Source: an uncultured Nitrososphaeraceae archaeon
GTDB taxonomy: Archaea > Thermoproteota > Nitrososphaeria > Nitrososphaerales > Nitrososphaeraceae
Direction: 5' to 3'
Length of the DNA stretch: 64,000 nt
Assembly (NCBI GenBank): GCA_963825865.1
Contig: CAWGVG010000015.1
Span: 96,001 to 160,000, forward strand
The notes under the pieces are model-generated. The model was not told the DNA's origin. It saw only the letters and a list, made by a program, of their open reading frames with translations, and did not search any database. Position numbers and translations under genes: made by a program. Of this stretch, positions 36,520-48,517 are shown in pieces; position 1 is the stretch's first letter; each line of letters starts with the position of its first letter.

Positions 36520-37881
36520 TTGTTTATCTGTATTTTTAAAGGGTATAATCTAATAATACCGCTCTTTTTTATAGTGATGTTATTATTCAGCAGTATATTT
36601 TCATTTCCAATAAAGTATGTTAATGCACAGTCGAATAGCAACCCTGCTACCATAAACCATGTAACCCAATCTTCGATTCCAAATTCATTTAAGGTAACAT
36701 TTGATGGACTAGAGGCATCATCTCCATGTAATCAATGTACTTTTCAAGCCACAACAACTGGTTCATTTACTTTAACTTTTAAAAGTGCTAACCAATTAAC
36801 TGATAGAGAAGAACTTCCGAAGGGCTCTGACTCTGAACTTGAGGCTGATGGTAAGGGATTCATTTCTATTAATGCTCAAAAAACTGTTGATAAAGAAGAT
36901 TGTAGATTCAAGTTTTCTAATGATTATATAATTAAAGGAAATGCGATCTACAGAACTCCAGTAAAAGGAGATGAACATGACCACGGTGGCATTAATGTGT
37001 ATGATATTCACGCTTATCCTAACGAAGCTTATGCAACGTTAGTAAAAGGAAAGGAATCTATTTGTTATGGTACATGGCTGACCTCTCCTGGTGCTCTATT
37101 AACATGTGATAGTGTTTTTATAAATTTAGCAGTAGGCAGCGGTAAAGTTGAAAAAAATGATGATCAAGGACATAAAGAATGCACACTTCAGTAGTCCTAC
37201 TACTGTTACTACAATGGTACAGGTGTATGCCTAACTACAACTACAACTTCAACTTCAAAGAATCCAGCAACCAACAGATCATCCATGCCACTCTCTTCTC
37301 TTAGAAACGACGCTAGTTGTCCAGAATTAAGTGGAGGTATAATGGGTATCAAGATTCCCAGGAAGTAACAACGTTCAGGACCTTGAATCAGGATTTAGGG
37401 CAAAGGCAGAAAAGTTTATTGATGCACTCAAAGCTGCCTGGAGCTCAAGTAACGATTTCAGCCACAAAAAGACCAGAAGAAAGAGCATATCTTATGCACT
37501 GGTCCTGGATGATAGCAAAAGGACATTACGATGCAAGCAAAGTATCAGCCAAAGCTGGAGTAAATATCAACTGGTGGCATGGAGATCAAGCAAAATCAGA
37601 AGCAGCTGCACAGGAAATGGTAGATGGTTATGGAATTAATAATTTACAAGTAGCCCCATCATTGAAATCCCGTCACATTGAGGGCAATGCCATCGATATG
37701 AGCATTTCATGGTCTGATTCTCTAAAAATTAAAAATGCAGATGGAACAGATGTATCAATAACATCTACCCCTAGAGATGGCACCAACAGAAGAGCTGATT
37801 GCTGTTGGAAAAGTCTACGGTGTAATTCACTTCATAGACGTAAACAAAGACAAGCCTCATTGGTCTACTGATGGTAAGTAG
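36520..37881 (+). CDS. Secreted protein with C-terminal M15/LAS-fold Zn peptidase-like domain (probably one frameshifted gene)
   Basis: Signal peptide ...KYVNA-QS; C-terminal VSRFPGS...TISATKRPEERAYLMHWSW...SRHIEGNAIDMS...DKPHWSTDGK*. Confidence 0.7.
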
Positions 37882-38081
37882 AGAATATTTTTTGATAAAT
37901 AAATTCTAGAGGGCTTTACCTTCTTACTATATATGGTATATTGATGTTCCGATTCGTTACTATTATGTTAGCATTGCTATCACTTTGTTGCTTGTGATAT
38001 GATTTGTTTTCCGTGATGACACAATTTTTCTCGTATATGTATGTAGGATCTGTGAATCTTAAATAGTCGAAAAGCACGATA

Positions 38082-38372
38082 ATAGAGAAAATATCTCCAC
38101 TACGTCCACCATCTCCACTTTTGCTTAGTTCGACAAATAGAGCTAAATTAAGGTTCTTTTAGCGGAGATATTGCAATGAAGTATCTCCACCAACTACTGC
38201 AATATCTCCACCATTAACTACAGATTATTGGACATAGATAGAGTGGTGGAGGTATTTGTTATACAGGTGGAGATGGTATATGCGGGGTAAGAATATCTCC
38301 ACCATTTTTGGACTAAATTTGAGCACGGAATCAAGTGTGGTGGAGGTAGTGGACATAGTGGAGGTATTTTAC
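38082..38372 (-). repeat. Second copy of the iteron module, inverted
   Basis: Reverse complement aligns by eye with 48668-48942 (gtaaaatacctccactat...aaaatggtggagatattc...aaaagtggagatggtgga). Confidence 0.85.
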
Positions 38373-38399
38373 ATACTACTGTAGGACAGTAGCTCTTCT

Positions 38400-38646
38400 A
38401 AATCCTCACCTGGTGAAAAATTCTTAACGTTATTTTATCTCGAGAAAACGACTTTATGGAAAAGTCAAAGAAAGATACAGATATACAATGACAGAAGCTG
38501 ATAACGACAAGCGGCAGAAAAATACCAGGAAGTAGGAAACAAACTTCAGAAGAACAGTGAAGCATATCTAGGTGAATAGAAAACATTACTTAAAATTCAA
38601 TGGTTTGGCTTGCAAGGATACATGATATCAAGTTACACGAACATAA
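38400..38646 (+). pseudogene. Degenerate copy of the putative SSB gene 32621-32973
   Basis: Shared blocks aaagatacagatataca, gtaggaaa..acttcagaaga, aaaacattact.aaaattcaa.ggtttggctt, gatatca.gttacac; stops and deletions. Confidence 0.8.
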
Positions 38647-38755
38647 AGCAAATCCAAAACCTTTCCCATGTTGAATTCTTGTACATCAATTTAAGATCAT
38701 CATACGCGTAGTTTCCGCCAGCAAATTATTACCTACTTTTAAGGCTCATTTAATA

Positions 38756-41090
38756 TTATTTGTAAGCAGCAAACACTTGGATACGGTTATTCTCAAATTC
38801 AGTTACATACACTGTTTTGTAATCTACAGCAATATCTGCTGGACGATCCAATTGTCCATCTCCAGTACCTTGAGATCCCCATTTTGTAATTAAATTACCA
38901 TTGCTGTCGAATTTCTGAATAATAAAGCTATTGCCAGTTACATACACATTGCCTGTTTTGTAATCAACAGCTATACCATAATCCAAAGTACTAATAAACT
39001 CTCCAGCACCAGAAGAGTCTAATGCAATATTAGTTGGTCCTTGAAACTGATGCTGACCGCCAAACTGTCCGTCATCGTTTCCATGAGATCCCCATTTTGT
39101 AATAAAATTACCATTGCTGTCAAACTTTTGAATACGATAATTATAACTGTCGGCAACGTACACATTACCGGATGAAGGTTCAATAGCAACACCCTCTGGA
39201 AAATTGAATTGGCCATCATCTGAACCCAACGATCCCCATTTTGTAATAAAATTGCCATTGCTGTCAAACTTTTGAATACGATGATTAAAAGCCTCTGTTA
39301 CATACACATTGCCTGAAGAATCTACAGCAACGTCTGTGGGCGAATTGAGTTGTCCATTTCCAGTACCTTGAGATCCCCATTTTCTGACAAATTGATAATT
39401 ATTTGCTGTACCACTGCTTGCTTTGGTTAGACTTCCTGTAGTTGTTGGTGCTGTCGCTGCTGGTGTAGCAGTTGCTTTCACAGTAACGGATACGGTAGCA
39501 GGACTATTACTTGTAGCACCTTTATCGTCTTTAACTGTAAGATTGAATTTCAATATAGTGTCGGATGATACGCTTGGTGCTGTAAACGTTGGTGAAGCTA
39601 CATTAGCATCACTCAATGTTATAGTTGGACCTGCAGTCTGTGTCCATGAGTATGATGTTATATTGCCATCAGGATCTCTGCTACCGCTACCATCCAAAGT
39701 AACAGTACCCACTAGCATTAACTGTCTGATCTTGGCTAGCATTCACTGTTGGTGGTTGATTTGGTGGAGGGACATACTTGGCTGTAACTTTGACATTAGA
39801 AGTATTTGTTGCATTTTTGCTATCGGTAACTCTTAATTCAAATGTCATATCTGTGTCTGAAGATATATCCTTGGGAGCTGTAAAAGTAGCAATAGATCTA
39901 TCAACACCATTTAATACCACTGATGGTCCTCCTATCTGTTTCCATGAATAATTCAATGGGTCATTGTCCGGATCTCTACTTTTGCTTCCATCCAAACTAA
40001 CAGCATATCCTGCATTGACTGTTTGATCTAAGCCAGCATTAGCTCAGGTGGATGATTGACAGGATTTACTGTGACTCTAACAGTGGAAATACCAGTTGCA
40101 TTTTTATCATCTGTGACTGTCAATTCAAATACCAATACAGTATTGGTTGAAATATCTGAAGGGGCTGTGAATATAGGTGTAGCAGTAGTAGCGTCGTTTA
40201 TTATAACAATGGGTCCTCCTATCTGTTTCCATGAATAAGACTTTATAGCACCATCCGGGTCTTTGCTTTTACTTCCATCCAAAGTTACAGTATCTCCAGC
40301 GTTTACAATCCGGTCTGAGCCAGCATTGACTACCGGTAGTTTATTAGGTGGTGGGATATACTTGTCTATAACTTTAACATCGGCTGATCCAGTACATTTT
40401 TGCTATCTCTAACTGTTAATTTAAAAATGAGGGGTGTATCAGCAGATATATTGGAAGGAGCTGTAAAGGTGGCTATTGGAGAACTAGCACCATCCAACTT
40501 AACTGTAGGGCCAGCTATTTGTGTCCATAAATAAGATAATGAATCGCCACTATCAGGATCTTTGCTTTTACTACCATCCAAGGTAACAATATCTCCCGGA
40601 TTCACGACTACTTGATTTTCTTGACCAGCATCAGCTACTGGAGGCTGGTTAACATGTTTGACTGTAACGGTTACAATAGCATCATTACTACTTTTAGCAC
40701 CCTTATCATCTTCACTGTCAATAAAAATTTCAAGTCTCTATCTGATGATACAGTTGGAGCTGTAAATGATGGATTAGTGGTATTACTATTGTTTAGTTTA
40801 ACACCAGGTCCAGATATTTGTTTCCATGAATAACTTAATTTGTTGTCACCAGAGTCTGGATCACTTGCTATTCCATTTAACACAACAGTTGCATTTTCAT
40901 TTACTGTTTGGTTTACACCAGCATTAGCTACTGGAGGATTATTAATAATTGGTTTTAGATTAGTTGGTTTGAATGCTAGTGCTGTATAAGTATGAGTAAT
41001 AGCTGGTAAAGTAGTAACAAGAATAAGACTACAAACTAAACTGACAATTAAAATTAAAGTTGTTATTGTAGCTGTTGTCTTTACCATCAT
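38756..41090 (-). CDS. Secreted protein B: signal peptide, 5 PKD/Ig-like domains, NHL beta-propeller (frameshifts)
   Basis: [13 protein letters not shown] repeats, NHL repeats ending NNRIQVFAAYK*. Confidence 0.85.
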
Positions 41091-41342
41091 CGACGAGATA
41101 TATTTTGGTTACTTCTAGTATGATATAAAAGCATCAGTACCAGTTCATGTCAAGCAAATAAGAAACATATACATCGACGATCAGCAATGATAGATTTGGC
41201 AAAAATGTCACCTAGTAGTAATTAGCCCAATGTGTAACACAAAATACCTTGTAAATTGACAAAGGTATCTTTAGATCTTACTATATACAAGATTTTTTAC
41301 TACTACCTACTTAACAGCTACTACTACTTTTAAGTCTCAACA

Positions 41343-43344
41343 TTATTTCTGAGGGGCAAATACTTGGATACGACTATTTCCATTATCAGATACATACACA
41401 TTACCTGTTTTAGAATCTATAGCAACATAATTTCGACTCTTAAATTGTCCATCTTCGGTACCATAAGAACCCCATTTTGTTATAAAATTACCATTGCTGT
41501 CAAATTTTTGTATACGGTGATTACTACTATCAGCTACATACACATTACCTGAAGAATCAATAGCAATACCTAATGGACTATCGAATTGTCCGTCTTCAGT
41601 ACCATAAGAACCCCATTTTGTTATAAAGTTACCATTGCTGTCAAATTTTTGTATACGGTTATTGCCGTAATCAGCTACATACACATTACCTGAAGAATCA
41701 ACAGCGACACCTTCTAGGATTGAATTGAATTGTCCGTCTTCGGTACCATAAGAACCCCACTTTGTTATAAAATTACCATTGCTGTCAAATTTTTGTATAC
41801 GGTTATTGCCGTAATCAGCTACATACACATTACCTGAAGAGTCAACAGCGACATCATTTGGAAAATGAGAATTGTCCATCTCCAGAACCATGAGATCCCC
41901 ACTTTGTTATAAAATTACCATTGCTGTCAAATTTTTGTATACGGTTATTGCCGTAATCAGCTACATACACATTACCTGAAGAGTCAACAGCGACATCATT
42001 TAGTTGAATGAATTGTCCATCTCCAGAACCTTGAGATCCCCACTTTGTTATAAAATTACCATTGCTGTCAAATTTTTGTATACGGTTATTGCCGTAATCA
42101 GCTACATACACATTACCTGAAGAGTCAACAGTCAACTCCAGTTATAAGATTGAATTGTCCGTCTTCGGTACCATTAGAATCCCCATTTCCTTACAAATGA
42201 ATACTCATTTGAGACATTAACTTTTGTCTGATTACTTGATGCTGTTACTATTGATGGCTTCTGTACAGCGGCTTTCACCGTGACACTCACAATAGATGGA
42301 TTATTACTTGCAGTACCTTTATCATCCTTAACTGTAAGAGAGAATTTCAATATAGTATCAGATGATACACTTGGAGCTGTAAATGATGTTATTGCAGTGT
42401 CTGCACCGCTTAGTGTAACAGATGGACCGGAAGTCTGCATCCATGAGTATGATGTTATATTGCCATCTGGATCTCTACTGCCACTCCCATCTAAAGTAAC
42501 ATTATCACCAGAATTAACTGTCTGATCTAGACCAGGCGTTAGCTGTTGAAGGCTGATGGGGTGGTGGTATATACTTGTCTGTAACTTTAACGTCATCTAC
42601 ACCAGTAGCATTTTTACTATCTCTAACTGTCAGTCTAAATATCAAATCAGTGTCAGCAGATATGTTGTTTGAAGGAGCTGTAAAGGTAGCTATAGTTCTA
42701 TCAGCACCATTTAATGCAACGTTTGGGCCTGCAGTTTGTATCCAGGAATAGATTAATGGATCGTTATCAGGGTCTTTGCTTTTACTTCCATCTAGAGTAA
42801 CAATATATCCTGCATTAACTGTCTGGTCAATACCTGCATCAGCTATTGGAGGGCGGTTGATATGCGTGACAGTAATAGTAACAATGGCTAAATTGTTACT
42901 TTCAGCACCTTTATCATCTTTAGCCGTCAAGGCAAACTTCAATTGGGTATCTGACGGCACATTGGAAGGAGCTGTAAACGTAGGTGAAGCAGTATCATGA
43001 CCGTTCAATGTTACTGCAGGTCCTGCAGTTTGCAACCAAGAATAACTTAATTTATCGTTCGGATCCGGATCAATGGCAACACCAACAAGTGTAACCTTTG
43101 AGCTCTCATTTACTGTCTGGTCTGGACCAACATTGGCTATAGGAGGATGATTAATAGTAACAGGTTTCGAAACAGTAGTATTATTAGTTGGTTTGAATGC
43201 TAATGCTGTATATTTCTTATCTGTAATATTGAGGATAGCAGTAGATAAAAAAACAATATTACTATAAACTAAAATGACCAAGGCCAAAGTTAATACAACC
43301 AAGAGTTTTCGATCCTTATCCATAAGAAAAGTCTTGATTGCCAT
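41343..43344 (-). CDS. Secreted protein C: signal peptide, 3 PKD/Ig-like domains, 6-blade NHL propeller (frameshifts)
   Basis: [13 protein letters not shown] repeats, ~141-bp NHL repeats ending SRIQVFAPQK*. Confidence 0.88.
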
Positions 43345-43771
43345 TTTTTTATCTTATTATTTCCTTGCACGTTTGTTTAGATTTTAATGTTTCAGTATAT
43401 TGTCATCATGACTCGAAACAATATGCAGACTGGCTGAATCAGCTGTTACACTAAATGATTCTGATATTATTTTTAACAAATGATTATTACTTTTGATAAG
43501 ATTTGATTACTATTTGCCCAAAATAGGAGAAAATATTATAACCTCATCTCATTTACAATAGCATATAATGGCAGTCATTAGGAGCAGTCTCTGTTCTGAG
43601 CCATGTTGCCGGAGACTAGCTGATGTAATATACTCCAACAACTGGAACAGTAAAAAATACACTAGCAGCTGCCATTCTAGTTATTATTATCATCGTCATT
43701 ATTGCTTCTATTCTGGTTACACCACAAATGTTTACGGTAAAGATATTCTTAGGAGATGCTGTTGTAGGCTT

Positions 43772-44242
43772 ATGACAATAACAGACAAAAAAGAAAACAT
43801 AATATTAATCAATATTGAATCTACCTCTAAAGAAGAAGAGGATCATGACGAAGACCCAGAAGAGCTAGAACGAATTACCCATAACCTACGAGACGAACTA
43901 ACTGAAATAGATGCAATAGAAAAGGTAGATTTAGTTATCAAAAGAAGGAGAAAAAGCTCCAAAAGGCTCCAAAGCTGGTGCCGAAGTAGTTGCATTGGGT
44001 TCTTTGCTTGTAACTTTAGGGACATCAGCAGTAAGCACTGCTATACCGAATCTTTCTAATGCTCTTCAATCATGGCTTACTCGTCATGAAAGACGTAAAA
44101 TCAGTTTAGAGATTGGAGGAGATAAGATAGAAGTAACAGGCATATCCGATGAACAGCAGGCAGCGGTTGATCGAGTCTTGGATAAGCCGCATAGCATCAG
44201 CAAAGAGAAAAAAAAGGAGAAGTACAGACGGATGGCGCCTGA
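43772..44242 (+). CDS. Effector-associated constant component EACC1-like membrane protein (frameshifts)
   Basis: DPEELERITHNLRDEL...APKGSKAG-like segment, LGSLLVTL, ALQSWLTRH, KISLEIGGDKIEVTGISDEQQ-RLIESW; directly upstream of and overlapping a caspase gene. Confidence 0.8.
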
Positions 44243-46590
44243 AAGACGTTTTGCATTAATCGTAGCCAGCTCGCAATATGTAGATCCAGATCTGCAGAAA
44301 TTGATTGCACCAGCTCAAGACGCTGAAGCATTGGCAAATGTACTACAAGATCCTAACATCGGTGGCTTTGAGGTCAAAACACTGTTAGATGAACCTTCTT
44401 ACAAGGTAAATGAAGAAATCCAGGCATTCTTTAGTGACCGTGGACGAGAGGATCTATTGCTTCTTTATTTTTCGTGTCATGGAATAAAGGATGAAGAGGG
44501 GCAGCTTTACTTTGCTACTTCAAACACTAGCCGTAAGCTGCTAGATGCAACTGCAATTTCGGCTAATTTTGTAAATAGGATGATGTTTCGTAGTCGTTCA
44601 CGCGGCAGCTGTTATTGTTGGACTGCTGCTATAGTGGTGCTTTTGCAAAAGGACTTGTAAGCAGAGCTGATAAAAAAATACATACTGGAGATTACTTTGA
44701 CGAAGGTCGTGGAAGAATAGTATTAACTGCATCAGACTCTATGCAGTATTCTTTTGAAGCAGATACATTGAATGTTGAGGTAAAAGACCCAGGTTCAATC
44801 TTTACTCGTGCCATAATAGATGGATTGAATACAGGAAAGGCTGATCTGGACAAAGATGGCCGAATTTCGTACGATGAACTATATGACTATACATATGATC
44901 GAGTAATAGATGAGACTCCTCTTCAAAGACCAGGTAAGTGGGTGTTTGGTGTAGAAGGAGATGTGATTGTTGCCCGCAATCCCAACTGGAAAGAAGTCAA
45001 CAATAAAGGACCTGTAAAAACAGCCGGGGAGGAAATTGTAACAACAACCACAAAGCCCAAAGAGGTAACAAGCCCTAAAACACCACCATCAGCAGCAGAT
45101 CAACATCACATATCACACCACCACAATCAGATATAGCAAACAAACCTATTCATCAGAAGAAAAATCAACTCCGTCAGCATTAACACCAATAAAAGACATT
45201 ACTCCAACAACAAGGCCATCCAACAATAATAAAAAAAGAGTCATCTCTTCTTACACCACCTTCTGATTTAACCACTACCATTTATAGAAGAAAAAACAGC
45301 CAAGACTGAAAAAAACATAGAGTCAGATATAGAAGAAACAAATAATAAATTCCAAGCAGGCGGTCCGATCATTTACAAAGGATAATACTTTTGTCACTGA
45401 AAGAAGTAGTGGAAATGCTTCTTCTTCTTCGTCATCACAGCCTGTACATGAAAGAAATCTGGCTTAAGCAATCCAACTATATTGTTACCAATTTTAGGAG
45501 GAGGTATCATAGGAGGCATCGTAATTGCTCTTGTTGCAGGTGGAATAATACATTTACCTGGTGGAGGAAATGTACCACCATCAACACCAGCGACTCCGGC
45601 ACAACCACCACCACCACCTACTTCTCTTCTTGCTCCTAACCGTCTACCAGTAGCTAATGCTGGTACAGACCATACAGTCAACGCAGGTGATACTGTTACG
45701 TTAGATGGTACTAAAAGTGCTGATCTTGATGGTAATATAAGGTCATATTCATGGCTACAAACTGCTGGACTACCTGTTACATTAAATGGTGCTAACACAG
45801 CCACACCATCGTTTGTTGCTCCTTCAGATATATCATCTGATCTCTTATTAACCTTCAAGTTGACAGTTAAAGACAACGCAAGTGCTACGAATACAGCCAC
45901 TGTAAATATCACAGTCAAACATGTTACACCAATAATACCACCAGCGTTACCAACACCTGTGGATCATCCTCCTACAGCTACTAACCAATCTGTTACAACT
46001 AACCAGAATACTCCAGTAGATATTACATTAGCAGGAAGTGATCAAGATCAGAATGACACATTGACTGCACATATAGTTACACCACCATTGCATGGAACCT
46101 TAGGTACAATTAACCAGACTACAGGTGTCGTAACCTATACACCAAACCAAGGATTTACCGGAGATGACAGCTTTACCTTCAAGATAAATGATGGTAAAGC
46201 AGATAGCAGCAACACAGCTAAGGTGTCAATAACAGTAAATAACTCTCCAGCAAATAATGGTAATAGTGCTCCTTCTAACCAGACTCAGCAGATATCATCT
46301 TCTAACACTGCTCCCACTGCTACTGACCAATCTATTACAACTAACCTGAATACGCCTGTTGATATTACATTGGCAGGTAGTGATCCAGATCAGAATGATA
46401 CATTAACAGCACTGTAGTGACGAATCCATCTCATGGAACTTTGAGTAATGTCAACCAAGATACTGGTGTTGTAACCTATACACCAAACCAAGATTTCACA
46501 GGAGATGATAGCTTTACATTTAAAGTAAATGATGGTAAAACTGATAGCAGCAATACAGCTACTGTGAATATAAAAGTAGGTGGGGGCTAA
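44232..46590 (+). CDS. Caspase-like (C14) protease, Pro/Thr linker, TM helix, PKD and two Ig-like (Big_9-type) domains; probably one frameshifted gene
   Basis: RRFALIVASSQY-DPDL..L.AP..DA, LYFSCHG (His), LDCCYSGAF (Cys), SIFTRAIIDGL.TG.AD.DKDG.IS; TM LPILGGGIIGGIVIALVAGGII; YTPNQGFTGDDSFTFK-type repeats. Confidence 0.8.
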
Positions 46591-46683
46591 ACAATATAAA
46601 GAGTGGTAATAATACTCCATTAGCTTTACCCAAAATTAGTTAGCGAGCAAATGATAATAACAAAAATATTCAGAAATAAGCAA

Positions 46684-48517
46684 ATGAGAGAGAGATCCCG
46701 CAATTTTCTATTATACTCTTCACTTATTGTTATTTTGTCAGAGCTATTGATATTGTTGCCATCATTTACTACTACTAATACTACTTTACCAAGTATTTCT
46801 AATGTCTATTATAATACAGCATTAGCATTTAAACCAACCAATAAAAATCCATCTATTTTAAGACCACCCATTTCTGTTAATCATTCTCCTGTCAGCTAAT
46901 GTTGGTCCAGACCAAACAATCAATGAAAATGCAACTGTTACACTTGTTGGTGTGGCCATTGATCCAGATCCAAATGATAAATTAACCTATTCATGGATGC
47001 AAACTGCAGGACCTACCGTAACACTGAACCGCCCTAATACATCTTCACCTACATTTACAGCTCCTTCCAATATACCATCCGATACCCAATTGAAGTTTGC
47101 ACTAACAGCTAAGGATGATAAGGGTGCTGCAAGTAACAATTTAGCCATTGTTACTATTACAGTCAAGCATATCAATCGTCCTCCAACAGCTGACGCTGGT
47201 CACTGATCAGACAGTCAATGCAGGTTATGTTGTTACTCTGGATGGCAGTAAGAGCAAAGACCCTGATAGTGGTGATACATTAACCTATTCCTGGGTTCAG
47301 ACTGCTGGTCCTACTGTTACATTAAATGGTGCTGATACATCCATAGCTACTTTTACCGCTCCTAAAGACATATCATCTGACACAGACATGAGATTTCAAT
47401 TAACAGTTACCGATAGCAAAAATGCAACTAATTCTGCTACTGTCAAAATTACAGACAAGTATGTCCCTCCACCCAATCAGCCTCCAACAGCTAACGCTAG
47501 CTCAGATCAGACAGTTAATGCAGGCGATACTGTGACTTTAGATGGTAGCGGAAGTAGAGATCCAGACGGTACCATAACATCATACTCATGGATGCAGACT
47601 TCAGGTCCAGCTGTAACATTGAGCAGTCCATATGTAGCTTCACCAACGTTTACAGCCCCAGGTGTTTCATCTGATACTGAGCTGAAATTCTCACTTACAG
47701 TTACAGATGATAAAGGTGCTGCAAGTAATAATGCTGCCTACTGTGACGGTTACTGTGAAAGCTCCTCCTGCACCGTCGGGTAATATGACATCAGCCGAAG
47801 GTGGTGGTGGTACTAATATGACATCAGCTGCCGCACCATTACCATCGTCTGATGCTACTGCATTATATAATAAAGCTCGGTGATCTTGATAGCCAAGGTA
47901 ACTACACAGGAGCTATAACCTATTTAGACAAGGCTTTAGCTATAGATCCAAATTATAAAGAAGCATTAACTGAGAAAGGTTTAGATCTTAATAACCAGGG
48001 TAACTATGCAGAAGCTATAACCTATTTAGACAAGGCTTTATCTATAGATCCAAATTTCAAAGAAGCATTAAATAATAAAGCTAATGCTCTTGGTAGCCAA
48101 GGTAACTACACAGGAGCTATAACCTATTTAGACAAGGCTTTATCTATAGATCCAAATTTCAAAGAAGCATTATATAATAAAGGTTTTGCTCTTTATAGCC
48201 AGGGTAACTATACTGGAGCTATAAGCTATTTAGACAAGGCTTTATCTATAAATCCAAATTTCAAAGAAGCATTAACTGGTAAGGGAGAAGCTCTTAATAG
48301 CCAGGGTAACTATGCAGAAGCTATAACCTATTTAGACAAGGCTTTAGCTATAGATCCAAATTATAAAGTTGCATTAAACGATAAAGGTTTTGCTCTTTAT
48401 AGCCAGGGTAACTATACTGGAGCTATAAGCTATTATGACAAGGCTTTATCTATAGATCCAAATTTCAAAGAAGCATTAGATAACAAACAAAATGCTCTTT
48501 CTAAGATGGGCCGCTAG
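46684..48517 (+). CDS. Secreted protein D: signal peptide, 3 PKD/Ig-like domains, TPR head (frameshifts)
   Basis: [13 protein letters not shown] repeats very similar to proteins A and C, six 102-bp TPR repeats. Confidence 0.85.
47880..48490 (+). repeat. Six 102-bp tandem TPR-coding repeats
   Basis: tatagatccaaat-like unit recurs at 47941, 48043, 48145, 48247 (variant), 48349, 48451. Confidence 0.95.

Noticed and set aside
43568-44660. ORF-track proteins 43568-44059 and 43995-44660 as real genes, implying an EACC1-caspase fusion
   Set aside because: They are frameshift chimeras; motif continuity supports EACC1 from 43772 and a separate caspase starting at 44232
33747-48517. Diversity-generating retroelement behind the variable NHL/TPR repeats
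   Set aside because: No reverse transcriptase in the window, no non-coding template repeat, and I saw no adenine-specific pattern; all repeats are coding tandem units
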